From: a virus
Taxonomy: Duplodnaviria; Caudoviricetes
IMG/VR virus record: IMGVR_UViG_3300028048_003152
Coordinates: 4,795-68,794 of that record
DNA: 64,000 nucleotides
Strand: one strand, 5' to 3'
Made by a program: the position numbers and the translations under genes. The notes beneath the pieces were generated by a model that saw only the letters and a list, made by a program, of their open reading frames with translations, had not been told where the DNA came from and did no database searches. Below, piece after piece: positions 19,485 to 29,678 of the stretch (the stretch's first letter is position 1; the number at the start of each line of letters is the position of its first letter).

Positions 19485-22400
19485 GCCCTTCCTCCTGACC
19501 GCAGCGCCCTCCGCTGCTCTGCCGAAACGATCATTTCATCAATAAGGTTGCCTCCGATATACACTGGGATTGTGATATCCCCGCTGTCTGCCATCGGCAT
19601 GTTGTTATTCACCGCTGTCTGGATCATGTCCATGAGGGACGAGACACCGACCACCGCTTCCGGCCCGGCTTCCCCGCCGCCCAGCAGATGATTTCCGGAT
19701 CTTCCGAAGATCGTCGGACTGTTTAAGATCATGCCGTTATTCATGGCCTTCCTGTACCAGTCCACACTGATGTGCGGGATGGAAGGCGGATTCAGGCTGA
19801 AGGAGCCCGAAATGGAAAAATGCGGCAGCTTGATGTGCGGCAGACTCCAGCTGAAATTGAAGATCCCCTTCAGCTTGTTCACGATTCCCTGCACAAAGGA
19901 CCACACTCCGTTGAACACGGATGTGAAGGTGGATTTGATCCCGTTTAAGATGCTGCTCACCGTGGATTTCACCGCATTCAATCCGGAGGATACCGCCGTC
20001 TTGATGGAATTCACCACGGTAGTAATGGTTGTCTTGATCCCGTTCCAAACTGTGGACGCCGCCGTCTTAACCGCATTGAAGACAGTGGTGGTGACGGATT
20101 TGATTCCGTTCCAGGCAGTGGTCACCGCCGTCTTAATCCCGTTTACCACAGTCGTGATGGTAGTTTTAATGCCGTTCCATACCGTAGAAGCCGTTGTTTT
20201 CACAGCATTGAAAGCAGTAGTGGTCGCCGTTTTAATGGCTTCCCAGGCAGTGCTTACCGCCGTCTTGATCCCGTTGATAATCGGGTCGAGCGCTGTCTTG
20301 ATCGCCGTCCAAACCGTGGTTACCACCGTCTTGACCGCTTCAAAGATGGTGGAAGTTACAGTCTTCACCGTGTTCCAGGCATTGGTGATTCCGGTCTTGA
20401 TGGCCTCCACTGCCGTGGTCACGACACTCTTGATCGCTTCCCATGCCGTGGTGATGATCTCCTTGCAGTTTTCCCAGATGAACTGGAAAGGCAGAGTGAT
20501 GATCGTCAGCGCCGTGGAGAAGAACTCACCGATTGCCATGATCGCTACCTGCACCACGTTTTTAATGGTCTCCCATGCCGTGGATACGATCTCCTTCATG
20601 CCGTCCCATATTCCGGAGAAAAAGGTTTTTACACCTTCCCACAGCCCTTTGAAGAATTCCACAAAGGTATTGAAAGCCTCCGGTACGGTCTGGGTAAAGA
20701 AAGTGGCAATCGCCTGTACGACAGTCTGCACCGCCGTTTTGATCGCTTCCCACAGGTTGATCCAGAACTGCCGGAATTCCTCCGATGTGTTCCAGAAATA
20801 AATAAAAGCCGCAACAGCGGCGGCAATGGCGGCAACGATCAGTGTGATTGGATTGGCGATAATGACGCCCCAGAGCGCCTGCAGGCCTCCCATGAGTTTG
20901 CTGCCGATGCCCATAATGGATGACACCCCATTTACGATCTTCGGAGCCCAGGTCATGATCGTTCCCACCGAAGTGAGCAGTTTCCCAATAATGACAAGCA
21001 GCGGTCCAATGGCCGCCACAACAAGACCGATCTTTACGATGATCTGCTGTTGTGCCGGGGTCAACGCGTTGAATTTGTCTACAAGGTTCTGAATGAAAGT
21101 CGCCACTTTCAAAATGGTCGGGGCCAGTGCCTCGCCGATGGAGGTCACCAGGACGTCGATAGAGCTTTTCAGCTTTTCCAGTGAGCCGCCGAATCCGCTC
21201 ATCATGGCTTCCGCCATTTCATCCGTGGTGCCGGCGCAGTTCCGAAGGGATGTATCCAGTTCTCCCACATCCTCCGGAGCCGTATTGATCAAAGCCAGCC
21301 ACGGAGCCATCTGGTTTTTACCGAAGATGGCCGATGCCGCCGCGATCTGCTCCGACTCGGAGAGCTTTCCGAAAGCGTCATGCAGTTCCTTCTGGATCTG
21401 AATGGAGCTTTTCATCGTGCCGTCCGAGTTGGTCACAGAGATGCCCAGCTTGTCCATCATCTCCGCACCTTCCTTGGCGGGAGACACAAGCCTTGCCAGT
21501 CCTGTTTTCAGGGAATTGGCGGCCTTGTCCGCGTCGATACCGTTATTGGCCATGATGCCCATGTAGAGGGCAGCATCATTGACCGAGTAGCCTGCCGAAG
21601 AAAAGATCGGGGCAGCCACGGACATGGCATGGGACAGGCTGTCCACATCCAGGGCGGAATTGTTGCAGGCCGCCGCGAATACGTCAGCATAATGCCCTGC
21701 GTCCTCAAAGCTTCCGTGGAAGCCGTTGATGGTTGCGACCAGTCCTCCGGATACCGTGTCCAGGTTACCGCCCTCACCGGCTGCCAGATTCATGGCAGGC
21801 GCAAGAGCCGCTGCAGCCTGTTCCGCGTCAAGGCCGGCACGGGCGAAGTTCAGGGTCGCAGTGGCGGCGTCCTTCATCCCGAAGGTGGAATTGGCAGCCG
21901 CGTCCTTCATGGCTTTGTTCAGAAGCTGTGCCTGCTCCTCCGTGTTACCCATGGTCTTGTTGGTGAGCTGCATGGTCTTATCGACCTCGGCAAAGCTCGC
22001 CACACCCGCAGCGCCCACAGCGGCAAGGGGAAGTGTGACATGCGTTGTCAGAGTCTTGCCCGCGCTCTCCATCTTGCTGCCGAGTTCCTTCATCTTCTCC
22101 CCGGCTGCCGCCACCTGTTGTGCCTGCACGGAACCGAAGTTCTTATACTCCTGCTCCAGGCCTTTCAGCTTCTGCTCAGTCTCAGCGATCTCCCTCTGCA
22201 GGGCATCGTACTGCTCTTTGGAGATCGTGCCGTCTTTGAGCGCCTGGTCTGCCTGCCTGGAGGCTTCCTTCAGCGTATCCAGCTTCTGCTTTGTCGCCTG
22301 TATCTCCTGCTGCAGAGTCTTATACTTCTGGGACAGCAGATTGGTATTGCCGGGGTCCATCTTGAGGAGCTTGTTAACATCCTTCAGCTTGGATTCCGTA

Positions 22401-22498
22401 TTACGGATCTCGGAGTTGACACTCTTGAGGCTGGCTTCGAGCTTAGTGCTGTCGCCGTTTAGTTCGATTGTAATTCCTTTTATTCGTCCGCCTGCCAA
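19481..22498 (-). CDS. Tail tape measure protein
   Basis: MAGGRIKGITIEL start, coiled coil, 11-aa periodic W/F repeats (WNGIKTTITTV). Confidence 0.93.
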   Translation of the reverse strand: MAGGRIKGITIELNGDSTKLEASLKSVNSEIRNTESKLKDVNKLLKMDPGNTNLLSQKYKTLQQEIQATKQKLDTLKEASRQADQALKDGTISKEQYDALQREIAETEQKLKGLEQEYKNFGSVQAQQVAAAGEKMKELGSKMESAGKTLTTHVTLPLAAVGAAGVASFAEVDKTMQLTNKTMGNTEEQAQLLNKAMKDAAANSTFGMKDAATATLNFARAGLDAEQAAAALAPAMNLAAGEGGNLDTVSGGLVATINGFHGSFEDAGHYADVFAAACNNSALDVDSLSHAMSVAAPIFSSAGYSVNDAALYMGIMANNGIDADKAANSLKTGLARLVSPAKEGAEMMDKLGISVTNSDGTMKSSIQIQKELHDAFGKLSESEQIAAASAIFGKNQMAPWLALINTAPEDVGELDTSLRNCAGTTDEMAEAMMSGFGGSLEKLKSSIDVLVTSIGEALAPTILKVATFIQNLVDKFNALTPAQQQIIVKIGLVVAAIGPLLVIIGKLLTSVGTIMTWAPKIVNGVSSIMGIGSKLMGGLQALWGVIIANPITLIVAAIAAAVAAFIYFWNTSEEFRQFWINLWEAIKTAVQTVVQAIATFFTQTVPEAFNTFVEFFKGLWEGVKTFFSGIWDGMKEIVSTAWETIKNVVQVAIMAIGEFFSTALTIITLPFQFIWENCKEIITTAWEAIKSVVTTAVEAIKTGITNAWNTVKTVTSTIFEAVKTVVTTVWTAIKTALDPIINGIKTAVSTAWEAIKTATTTAFNAVKTTASTVWNGIKTTITTVVNGIKTAVTTAWNGIKSVTTTVFNAVKTAASTVWNGIKTTITTVVNSIKTAVSSGLNAVKSTVSSILNGIKSTFTSVFNGVWSFVQGIVNKLKGIFNFSWSLPHIKLPHFSISGSFSLNPPSIPHISVDWYRKAMNNGMILNSPTIFGRSGNHLLGGGEAGPEAVVGVSSLMDMIQTAVNNNMPMADSGDITIPVYIGGNLIDEMIVSAEQRRALRSGGRA

Positions 22499-22534
22499 GG
22501 CTGTCTCCTCCTTTCAAAAGTTGCCGGGAAAAGG

Positions 22535-22699
22535 TTAAAATAAATCGAAATCGCGCTGCGTTGCCACCTGCGCATAGTTCTCATTATCATTGTCGCTCTC
22601 GATATACATGTCATTGACGAGCCCCACCGTGAGCAGGTCGAGATCCCGGATGGAGATCCCAAGCTGCACACAGCGGAGCAGGAAGAGCGGAGTCGTCAT
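22535..22699 (-). CDS. Tail assembly chaperone frameshift extension (gpT-like)
   Basis: MTTPLFLLRCVQLGISIRDLDLLTVGLVNDM..., in the -1 frame of the upstream chaperone; not in the supplied ORF track. Confidence 0.75.
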   Translation of the reverse strand: MTTPLFLLRCVQLGISIRDLDLLTVGLVNDMYIESDNDNENYAQVATQRDFDLF

Positions 22700-23073
22700 C
22701 TGCCGGTCGATGTTATGCCGTTTTTTTTAGCTTCTGACTGGGTCTCCAGGTTCACGCCCCACAGGGAGATGATCTCCGGGAGTACCTGGTAGATGGAAAA
22801 GACGCTGAATTCCTCCAGCCACTCCTCCGCAGTATCCGGGATGGAAGGATCGGCGTGTTTCGCCATCAGGTAGGCGATGTTCTCAAACGCCTCCAGCGAA
22901 CACATGGTAAGGCCGCTGTCCTCCTCGCTGTTTTCCTTCAGCTCCTTATCCAGCTTGATCAGGTCCTTGAAGATGTCCCTTCCGTATCTCACACGGTAAA
23001 TGCGCGGGATTGCGGCAGAGGCTTTGAATGCCACCTGCTTCCCGTCGATCTCGATCACTTTTGTCATGCTCAT
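22696..23073 (-). CDS. Tail assembly chaperone (gpG-like)
   Basis: Between major tail and tape measure genes; ends with slippery A AAA AAC at 22720..22726. Confidence 0.8.
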   Translation of the reverse strand: MSMTKVIEIDGKQVAFKASAAIPRIYRVRYGRDIFKDLIKLDKELKENSEEDSGLTMCSLEAFENIAYLMAKHADPSIPDTAEEWLEEFSVFSIYQVLPEIISLWGVNLETQSEAKKNGITSTGR

Positions 23074-23091
23074 AGGTTATCCTCCTCTTCC

Positions 23092-23685
23092 TTAGCCGTT
23101 CGCGGGTTCCCCAGCCGGGAGTTCTACCGGCAGATACACCGCGCTGTACCAGTTCTGATAAACGCTGTCCGTGGTATCGTCCCCTGTCTTCGCCTTCACG
23201 CAGCCGTTTGCCATCGGGGTCGCCTTGACCGACAGTGTCTCGGTCTGGACTTCGACCTCTTCCTCGTTGGTCTTGGATTCCACGCTTGGGCGGCTGGCAG
23301 CACACTTGTAGAGGACGTGGCGGATCTTGCGGATGTCGCCGTCGAACTCGAAAAGAAGCGCAAAGTTGACCGTCTCCGTGTTGGCGTTCTCGATCAGGAC
23401 GCCGTTGGCATCCAGCTGCTCACCCAGGACATCGGTGCGAAAAGACTCCGGCACCATGGCCAGTTCCAGGTCGCCCTCGTAGCCCATGTTGTTGCCGATG
23501 GTGTAGTAGGCATAACCGTCCGCATAAAAGTTCGTCGGCTCGCCGTTGGCGTCAAGCGCCAGGGATACCGCGCCGGGCATCGGCACAGGCGTCCCGAAAG
23601 AGAATGTCCCGTCATCCGCGACGGTCAGGATCGCGTAGTGGACATTGCAGATATTGAATTTGACCTTATTCTTTTTCTTCGGCAT
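23092..23685 (-). CDS. Major tail protein (phi13-like)
   Basis: KVKFNICNVHYA, FYAD, FALLFEFDGD; likely start MPKKK. Confidence 0.85.
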   Translation of the reverse strand: MPKKKNKVKFNICNVHYAILTVADDGTFSFGTPVPMPGAVSLALDANGEPTNFYADGYAYYTIGNNMGYEGDLELAMVPESFRTDVLGEQLDANGVLIENANTETVNFALLFEFDGDIRKIRHVLYKCAASRPSVESKTNEEEVEVQTETLSVKATPMANGCVKAKTGDDTTDSVYQNWYSAVYLPVELPAGEPANG

Positions 23686-24010
23686 TGCTATCCTCCGTTT
23701 CAAATTGGTAGAGGACTTCATAGAGTTTTTCTTCCTCTATCCAGACCTCCGATTTCTGATAAAAAATGCCGTGCCTGTCCAGCACGGTCTCCAGCCTCTC
23801 TTCCAGTTCCGGGTCTTTGAGGTCGGTATACAGCTCCACGTTGACGTTCCGGATCTTCAGATAGACCCTGCCGTCCGCGGAGAAATTGTCCGATCCCGGA
23901 AACAGGAAACAGATAAACGGAGGATCGGGTGATTCGCCCTCCGCAAAGTGGTCATAGGCGATGGGAAGATTGGTCTCCTCCAGCATCTCCACGATCTCGT
24001 TGTGTGTCAT
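23666..24010 (-). CDS. Tail terminator/completion protein
   Basis: Synteny; NFSADG, VELYT, EVWIEEEKLYEVLY. Confidence 0.7.
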   Translation of the reverse strand: MTHNEIVEMLEETNLPIAYDHFAEGESPDPPFICFLFPGSDNFSADGRVYLKIRNVNVELYTDLKDPELEERLETVLDRHGIFYQKSEVWIEEEKLYEVLYQFETEDSNAEEKE

Positions 24011-24384
24011 TTCAGTGCCCTCTCTATCCTTTCTTCCAGTTCCCGGATACCCGTCTCCTCTGCCGGCCCGATATGGGGGATCGCACGGACCCTGCCGCCG
24101 CCCCGTTTCGCATGGCCGTTTTCAAGAAGATGCGTCAGCTGATAGCGGTTCTTTGAATGGACAACCACATCCAGGGAGTTGGATGTCTCTTTCACTTTCT
24201 TCACCGCCCAGCTCTTTGCATAGCGGCCGGATTTCTTCGGGGCAGTCTGCGAGATCTGCTGTTTTACGGTTTTTCCCGTGTTCTGGATCTCCTTCTTCAT
24301 CACATCGACCGCCAGGTCTTTGTATTCCTCAAGTCCCTTCATGACCTCGGATGCCAGCTGGTCAGGTCTTATCGTCGTTCCCAT
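24007..24384 (-). CDS. HK97 gp10-like tail component
   Basis: APKKSG, LTHLLENGHAKRGGGRV; likely start MGTTI. Confidence 0.8.
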   Translation of the reverse strand: MGTTIRPDQLASEVMKGLEEYKDLAVDVMKKEIQNTGKTVKQQISQTAPKKSGRYAKSWAVKKVKETSNSLDVVVHSKNRYQLTHLLENGHAKRGGGRVRAIPHIGPAEETGIRELEERIERALK

Positions 24385-24388
24385 AGGC

Positions 24389-24730
24389 TCACCTCTCTGA
24401 AAGCTCCGCGTGGAACTTCCGGCTGTTGCGTTTGAATCCCATCTCGTCAATGGACAGGATGTTGTAAATCCGTCCGCCCAGAAGGATACGGTAGCCTTTA
24501 GAATTGACCACGGCGATCTCGGAGCACCAGCGCACCGTGATGTCCAGCCGGTCGGCTTCCGCCGTATGACCGGCAGATTCTTCTTCCTTTGTGGAAAGGC
24601 CACTGGTCACAGCAGTCGCCCAGCAAGAGAAATGGTCTGTCCAGACCGCTTTGTGATTGCCGTATTTGTCCACCACGGTCTCATTCTTCTGGATGGTGAT
24701 CCGTACTCGTAATGCTCCGATATCCATCAC
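24389..24730 (-). CDS. Head-tail adaptor (head closure)
   Basis: LRVRITIQ, ITVRW, RILLGGRIYNI. Confidence 0.8.
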   Translation of the reverse strand: MMDIGALRVRITIQKNETVVDKYGNHKAVWTDHFSCWATAVTSGLSTKEEESAGHTAEADRLDITVRWCSEIAVVNSKGYRILLGGRIYNILSIDEMGFKRNSRKFHAELSER

Positions 24731-25059
24731 ACCACCCCTTCCCGGATGCCAAACAGAAGCGACCGCAGAGTCAGTGTCAGAGCATGGTGGTCAGCTTCCT
24801 CACGATGCTCATACAGATAGCCGAGGGCATAGAATATAGCCACACGCAGTGTCTCCCGGATATCGGTCATCTGTGCCCTGCTGTAGTATTTGGAGCAGCA
24901 TTTATCCGAATCGATATCTTCCCACTGTTCATCGGTCAGCCTTGCCACATCCCGGCAGAGGTTCCCTGCGGCAGAAAGCAGGCTGCCAATGAGCGCATCT
25001 TCATCGGAGGTATCCACACGCAGGTATTCTTTTGCCTCATCCAAAGTGATAAATGTCAT
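24727..25059 (-). CDS. Head-tail connector (gp6-like)
   Basis: ITLDEAKEYLRVD...YLYEHRE. Confidence 0.85.
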   Translation of the reverse strand: MTFITLDEAKEYLRVDTSDEDALIGSLLSAAGNLCRDVARLTDEQWEDIDSDKCCSKYYSRAQMTDIRETLRVAIFYALGYLYEHREEADHHALTLTLRSLLFGIREGVV

Positions 25060-25076
25060 GGCAGCCTCCTCTCCGG

Positions 25077-25715
25077 TCAGTTCTCCTCGGGTGCGGCAAT
25101 GATGATGGTGATCACTGCCTCCGGATATCCTTCCGCATCAAGCGTGATCTCCTTCGGAGTATCCACGACTTCATCGGCACGGATATACAACACGAACTCG
25201 CCGGGCTGATCCAGACCGACGGACTCTGCCTCGGCTGCATCCGCATCGATCAGCGGGGAACCGTTATACTTCGCCAGTGTCACGGAAGAAAGGCCGGTAC
25301 CGATGCCAAGGCCGATCCACTTGTGGGTACCCTGCCCCGGAGCGGAACTTTCGGATTCCTCAAGGTCGTCCACATTGGCAGTGATGGTTATCACAGCGTC
25401 GACCAGTGCCACAGACGCCTTTGCGTTGTTGGCAGCCGCCACAGCATCGGTCAGGTTCGGCGCGAGACGGACAGACAAGTTCCAGGCATCCGCTTCCATG
25501 AGCCCTGCTTCCTTCAGCTTCACCAGAAGCGCGTCGAAGTCGTTCTTGAGGCCTGCCACAGCGGTCGCAGAACTGGCAGACTGGTTCTCTGCCTTGCCGC
25601 TCTGACTGCCGCCGCCAGGGAAGTTCTTCACCTCTGCTCCCTGCTCAAATTCCAGGGTGCCTCCGATCACGGTACGGTCGCCGCCGTCGGTGTTATAGTT
25701 CTTTGTCAGATGCAT
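25077..25715 (-). CDS. Head fibre/decoration-like protein
   Basis: TKNYNTDGGDRTVIGGTLEF N-terminus, LKNDFDALLVKLKEAGLM; directly after the capsid gene. Confidence 0.6.
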   Translation of the reverse strand: MHLTKNYNTDGGDRTVIGGTLEFEQGAEVKNFPGGGSQSGKAENQSASSATAVAGLKNDFDALLVKLKEAGLMEADAWNLSVRLAPNLTDAVAAANNAKASVALVDAVITITANVDDLEESESSAPGQGTHKWIGLGIGTGLSSVTLAKYNGSPLIDADAAEAESVGLDQPGEFVLYIRADEVVDTPKEITLDAEGYPEAVITIIIAAPEEN

Positions 25716-25793
25716 ATGCTTTTCTCCTCTCGAAAACGGGGAGGACGAGACGGGGAACTTCCCTCATCCCGCCCTCCCGGTGGTCAGTTACGA

Positions 25794-27044
25794 TCAGCCG
25801 TTGGCCTGCTCGTCCGAATCAGGAGTCGGAGCCGGGGCCGGCTTGATGCCGGCCATCTTCAGCACCTTCACGGACTCCGGAAGGATCAGACGGCCGTCCA
25901 CACGCTGGGTGGTCAGGAAGCCCACCTGGTCGGTGCGAGCATACAGCTCGTTCAGACGGCGGAAGGTGCGGTTCTGACGGTCAGCGACCCAGTAGTTCTT
26001 CAGGTCACCGAACAGGAGCACACGCTCGCCGGCAGACATGGTCGGCATGAAGGTGGAAGTGCGGATCGGACGGCCAAGGATGGTGTCCGGCTTTGCGGTA
26101 TCCAGGCCCGGCTTCCAGATATAGTTGCCGTTGCCGTCCTTCAGCTTCATGAGCTGCAGGAGCAGGGTCTCGTTGCAGACGAACTGGGCGTTCCTGCGGT
26201 ACGGGCTCTTGAGGCTGTAGTAGAGATCGAAGATCTCATCGAAGGTCACCACATGCTCGGAAGCCGCGGTCACGCCCAGCTCTGCGCCGCCGGTCTCAGC
26301 CAGGATGCCCAGGGGCTTCTTGTCACCGTCGCCAGTGAAGAAGGCACGCTCCTCGGCATTGCCCATCGCAACACCGAAACGGGTGGCGATATAGCTGGCA
26401 AGGTCGAAGGCGGAGTCATGCAGGAGCTCGTTGGAGATCTTGATCATGGTGCCCAGCTTGTAAGCGGACAGCGTGGTCTGACCGAACCTGGTATCGGTCT
26501 CCGGGATCTCCTCGCCCTCATCGATCCACTGTGCCTCCATGGTGTCGTTGGCGATAGGGATCTTGCGCGTACCGGAATTGGTGCGGATGACGGTCGCAAG
26601 CTGGCGGAAGATGTTGTTCTCCTCCAGCGCCTGGATCAGGCGGTGTTCAAACTCGTCAGGCACGGTATAGCCGCCCTCGGTGTCCTCGCCGATATTCAGC
26701 GCGTTGCGGACAGCGAACTGGTCGCCCTGGTTACGGATCATATTCCAGAAGGCGTCCCTGTACTCGTCGGAAGCGGTACCCTCTGCCTTCGGGGTCTGAT
26801 GCGCAGTCGGCATGCCCTTCACGGGCTTGCTGGTCGGAGCGGACAGCGCAGCGTCAAACGCCTCCTGCTGCTCCAGGCGTTCGATCTCAGCGCCGAGGGC
26901 CTGTACATCCGCAGCCATCTTGTTGTACTGTTCCACAGCGGAAGCCTCGACCAGACCGTTCTCGCCGCGATGCTCTTCCAAGAAGTTCTTCGTCTGCTCC
27001 CAGAGATTGGCACGCTTGTTGCGAAGCTCAAGAATCTTACTCAT
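25794..27044 (-). CDS. HK97-fold major capsid protein
   Basis: N-terminal delta-like coiled coil, GGYTVP, LFGDL, QVGFLTTQRVDG. Confidence 0.93.
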   Translation of the reverse strand: MSKILELRNKRANLWEQTKNFLEEHRGENGLVEASAVEQYNKMAADVQALGAEIERLEQQEAFDAALSAPTSKPVKGMPTAHQTPKAEGTASDEYRDAFWNMIRNQGDQFAVRNALNIGEDTEGGYTVPDEFEHRLIQALEENNIFRQLATVIRTNSGTRKIPIANDTMEAQWIDEGEEIPETDTRFGQTTLSAYKLGTMIKISNELLHDSAFDLASYIATRFGVAMGNAEERAFFTGDGDKKPLGILAETGGAELGVTAASEHVVTFDEIFDLYYSLKSPYRRNAQFVCNETLLLQLMKLKDGNGNYIWKPGLDTAKPDTILGRPIRTSTFMPTMSAGERVLLFGDLKNYWVADRQNRTFRRLNELYARTDQVGFLTTQRVDGRLILPESVKVLKMAGIKPAPAPTPDSDEQANG

Positions 27045-27116
27045 GAATTACCTCTTTCTCCGGAGATACGCTCCGGTCGTTGTTTTTGTTTTGGGTATAA
27101 GAAAAGCCGGGGCAGC

Positions 27117-28088
27117 TCATTTCAGCCACTCCAGCTTGTCTTTCAGGATCTCATACGGCATCGCGCCGTCTTTGGTTTTGCCGTCCATGCCGATCACGGG
27201 CATCTCCGGCTCTGTGTCGGCAGGATCGTTATCTCCGGCAGGAATATCCGGCTCCGCAGGGTTCTCAGTCAGATCCGGTTCATCGGTATCTGCTACCCCT
27301 TCGACGGGTTCCTGTGTTTCAGGACCGGCCTCCTGCTCCGGCTGACCACCAGCATCCGCATCCTCCGCACCGAGGCGGTTAAGGATGGTCTCTCCCATGA
27401 GGCGGGAGGAATACTGCCACATAGCTTCAGCCAGTTTGAACGGCTTTTTCTTTTCGCCGCCTTCTTTGCCTTCATCTCCGTCTTCCTCCGTATCGGGATC
27501 ATTGTCCTCATCCGGCTCGTCCGGATCTTCCTCCGGCTCCGGCTTCTTTGCCTCAAAGAGAATCTCGTCCGCAAAGCCCAGCTCCACCGCTTTCTTGGCA
27601 TTGAGCCAGGTCTCATCGCTCATGAGCTTGGAGATGCGGTTCCTGGAAAGCCCGGTCTTGAAGGCGTAAGCATTGATGATGCTCTCCTTGACCTCGTTCA
27701 GCGTGGTGATGGCCTTCTCCATATCACGGGCATTGCCCATGGCAATGGTGGAAGGATCATGCACCATCAGCATCCCGGTCGGGGAGATCTGGACAAGGTT
27801 CCCGGCCATCGCTACCACGGACGCAGCAGAAGCCGCGATGGATGCGATGCGCACGGTCACGCTGCCCGGATAGTCGCGGAGCATGGTGTAGATCTCCGCA
27901 GCGGCGAACACGTTACCGCCAGGGCTGTTGACCCAAAGGGTGATGTCGCCCTCCTCCGCATACAGGTCATCCCTGAATGCCTTCGGTGTTATCTCATCAC
28001 CCCAGAAGGATTCTGAGTCGATGGGTCCCTCCAGGCGGAGCACCCTGCCGCCGCTGTCATCATGAATCCAGTTCCAAAATTTCTTCAT
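27117..28088 (-). CDS. ClpP-type prohead protease
   Basis: NSPGG, AASAAS, MVHDP; acidic C-terminal extension. Confidence 0.9.
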   Translation of the reverse strand: MKKFWNWIHDDSGGRVLRLEGPIDSESFWGDEITPKAFRDDLYAEEGDITLWVNSPGGNVFAAAEIYTMLRDYPGSVTVRIASIAASAASVVAMAGNLVQISPTGMLMVHDPSTIAMGNARDMEKAITTLNEVKESIINAYAFKTGLSRNRISKLMSDETWLNAKKAVELGFADEILFEAKKPEPEEDPDEPDEDNDPDTEEDGDEGKEGGEKKKPFKLAEAMWQYSSRLMGETILNRLGAEDADAGGQPEQEAGPETQEPVEGVADTDEPDLTENPAEPDIPAGDNDPADTEPEMPVIGMDGKTKDGAMPYEILKDKLEWLK

Positions 28089-29512
28089 TTCTTCGGATTA
28101 CCTCCTCTTCTCTGCGCTTTGCGCTGCGCATGGCGCTCTGCATGGTTTTTGCTTTCAGACGCTTCCTCCTCTCCTTCCCCGGTCTGCGGTTCCTCCGGAT
28201 GTGTCTCGTCCGGCTCTTCGGCCTGCTGTTTCTCCTGCTCTGCCACCTGATTGGCTCCGTAGGCGCTTCCTGCGTCTTTTAATTTGGTGTAGCTGCCGTT
28301 CAGGTAGTAGTCGTCCCCGCCTTCGTCGGCAGGGATCAGGTCCATGTTTTCAAGCCTTCTGATATCGTTGGGAGACAGGAAACCATTCGCAAAGCCCACC
28401 GCGTAACCATCCATGCGGCTCTTGTAGTCGCCGCGCATCAGGCCGTCCACATTGAACTTCGGGAAATACTTCTCTTGCTCCTCTTCGATCAGCACATCCT
28501 TGATGATGGCCTGTTCGATCCGGACGAGCCAGGGCATGATGGTGTGCATCACAAAATCGATGCTCTGGTGCTCAATGTTGTTGAAGGTCGCCCGTTTGAG
28601 ATCCTGCACCATATGGGGAGGAACTCGGAAGATCCGGCAGATCTCCTCCACACCAAATTCCCTGGTGGATAGGAACTGCGAATCCTCCGGGGGAAGCGAG
28701 ATCGGTTTGTAGGCCATGCCCTCTTCGAGCACAGCCACCTTGTGGGCGTTTCCGGCACCGCCGTAGGCGTTCATCCAGTTATCCCGTATCTTCTGCGGGT
28801 CTTTCAACACGCCCGGATGCTCCAGGACACCGGCAGGCTGCGCACCGTTCTTAAAGAAAGCACTGCCATATTTCTCCACAGCCAGCGTCGTGCCGAGCGC
28901 GTTCTTCATCATGGCGATTGGCGAAAATCCTACCAGACCATTGAAGCCCAGACCGGGGATGTGGAGGATCTCGTCTCTCTGGAAGATGATGTCCTTATTG
29001 GTCTCGCCCGGAACTTCATCCGTATAGGCATGGTAGGTATAAAACAGGTCGCCGTTCTCTGCCCTGTCAATCTCCACGTTCTCAGGAAGCAGTGGGTATA
29101 GCCCTAGGATGCCGTTCTTGCCGTCCCGCACGATCTGTGCGTAGGCGTTTCCCCATAAGAGCAGGTGCATCATCATGGCTTCCCGAAAGGAGAAGCTGGT
29201 CATCTCCGGATTGGCCTGCCGGTACAGGATCTTATACAGCGGATGCTCTGTCGCCCTTTCCTTCCCTGCTCCCGTGTCGGTGAACCTGTAAAGGTGCAGC
29301 GGCAGGCTTGCCACAGTTTCCGCCAGAAGTCTCACACAGGCATATACCGTGGAGATCTGCAAGGCAGATTTCTCATTCACCAGTTCCCCGCTGTTTGTCA
29401 TGCCGAAAACAAAAATACCGCCCGAGTCCCGGACGTTATCTTCGATCTGTGGAAGCTCCGTGTCGGGAGCATCCCTCGGTTTTGTGAAGCCGAACCATTC
29501 TCTCCAGCTCAT
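28085..29512 (-). CDS. HK97-family portal protein
   Basis: VYACVRLLAE, LLWGNAY, FSPI, ICRIFRVPPH. Confidence 0.93.
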   Translation of the reverse strand: MSWREWFGFTKPRDAPDTELPQIEDNVRDSGGIFVFGMTNSGELVNEKSALQISTVYACVRLLAETVASLPLHLYRFTDTGAGKERATEHPLYKILYRQANPEMTSFSFREAMMMHLLLWGNAYAQIVRDGKNGILGLYPLLPENVEIDRAENGDLFYTYHAYTDEVPGETNKDIIFQRDEILHIPGLGFNGLVGFSPIAMMKNALGTTLAVEKYGSAFFKNGAQPAGVLEHPGVLKDPQKIRDNWMNAYGGAGNAHKVAVLEEGMAYKPISLPPEDSQFLSTREFGVEEICRIFRVPPHMVQDLKRATFNNIEHQSIDFVMHTIMPWLVRIEQAIIKDVLIEEEQEKYFPKFNVDGLMRGDYKSRMDGYAVGFANGFLSPNDIRRLENMDLIPADEGGDDYYLNGSYTKLKDAGSAYGANQVAEQEKQQAEEPDETHPEEPQTGEGEEEASESKNHAERHAQRKAQRRGGNPKK

Positions 29513-29665
29513 CTACTCCTCCTTCAGTTTTTCCAATTCCCGGCTGCATGCCGCAAGACACACCCGGAAGATATTATCCCGATCCTCTTTGTTCAGGATG
29601 TCGTTTTTTACAAGCTCCGTAATCCGCTCAATGAGATCACGTTTTTCAGCCATTGTCAGCTCCAA
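29513..29665 (-). CDS. Small hypothetical protein
   Basis: GAGGAG RBS with TTG start between terminase and portal. Confidence 0.45.
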   Translation of the reverse strand: MELTMAEKRDLIERITELVKNDILNKEDRDNIFRVCLAACSRELEKLKEE

Positions 29666-29678
29666 TGGATTCTCCTCC

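Noticed and set aside
17351-22498. Diversity-generating retroelement targeting tail genes
   Set aside because: No reverse transcriptase and no TR/VR pair noticed in the window
25053-28016. 987-aa plus-strand ORF and other long antisense ORFs (e.g. 13554..14525, 36032..37255, 42892..43998)
   Set aside because: They are shadows of well-supported minus-strand genes, with no motifs or RBS; expected in GC-rich coding DNA
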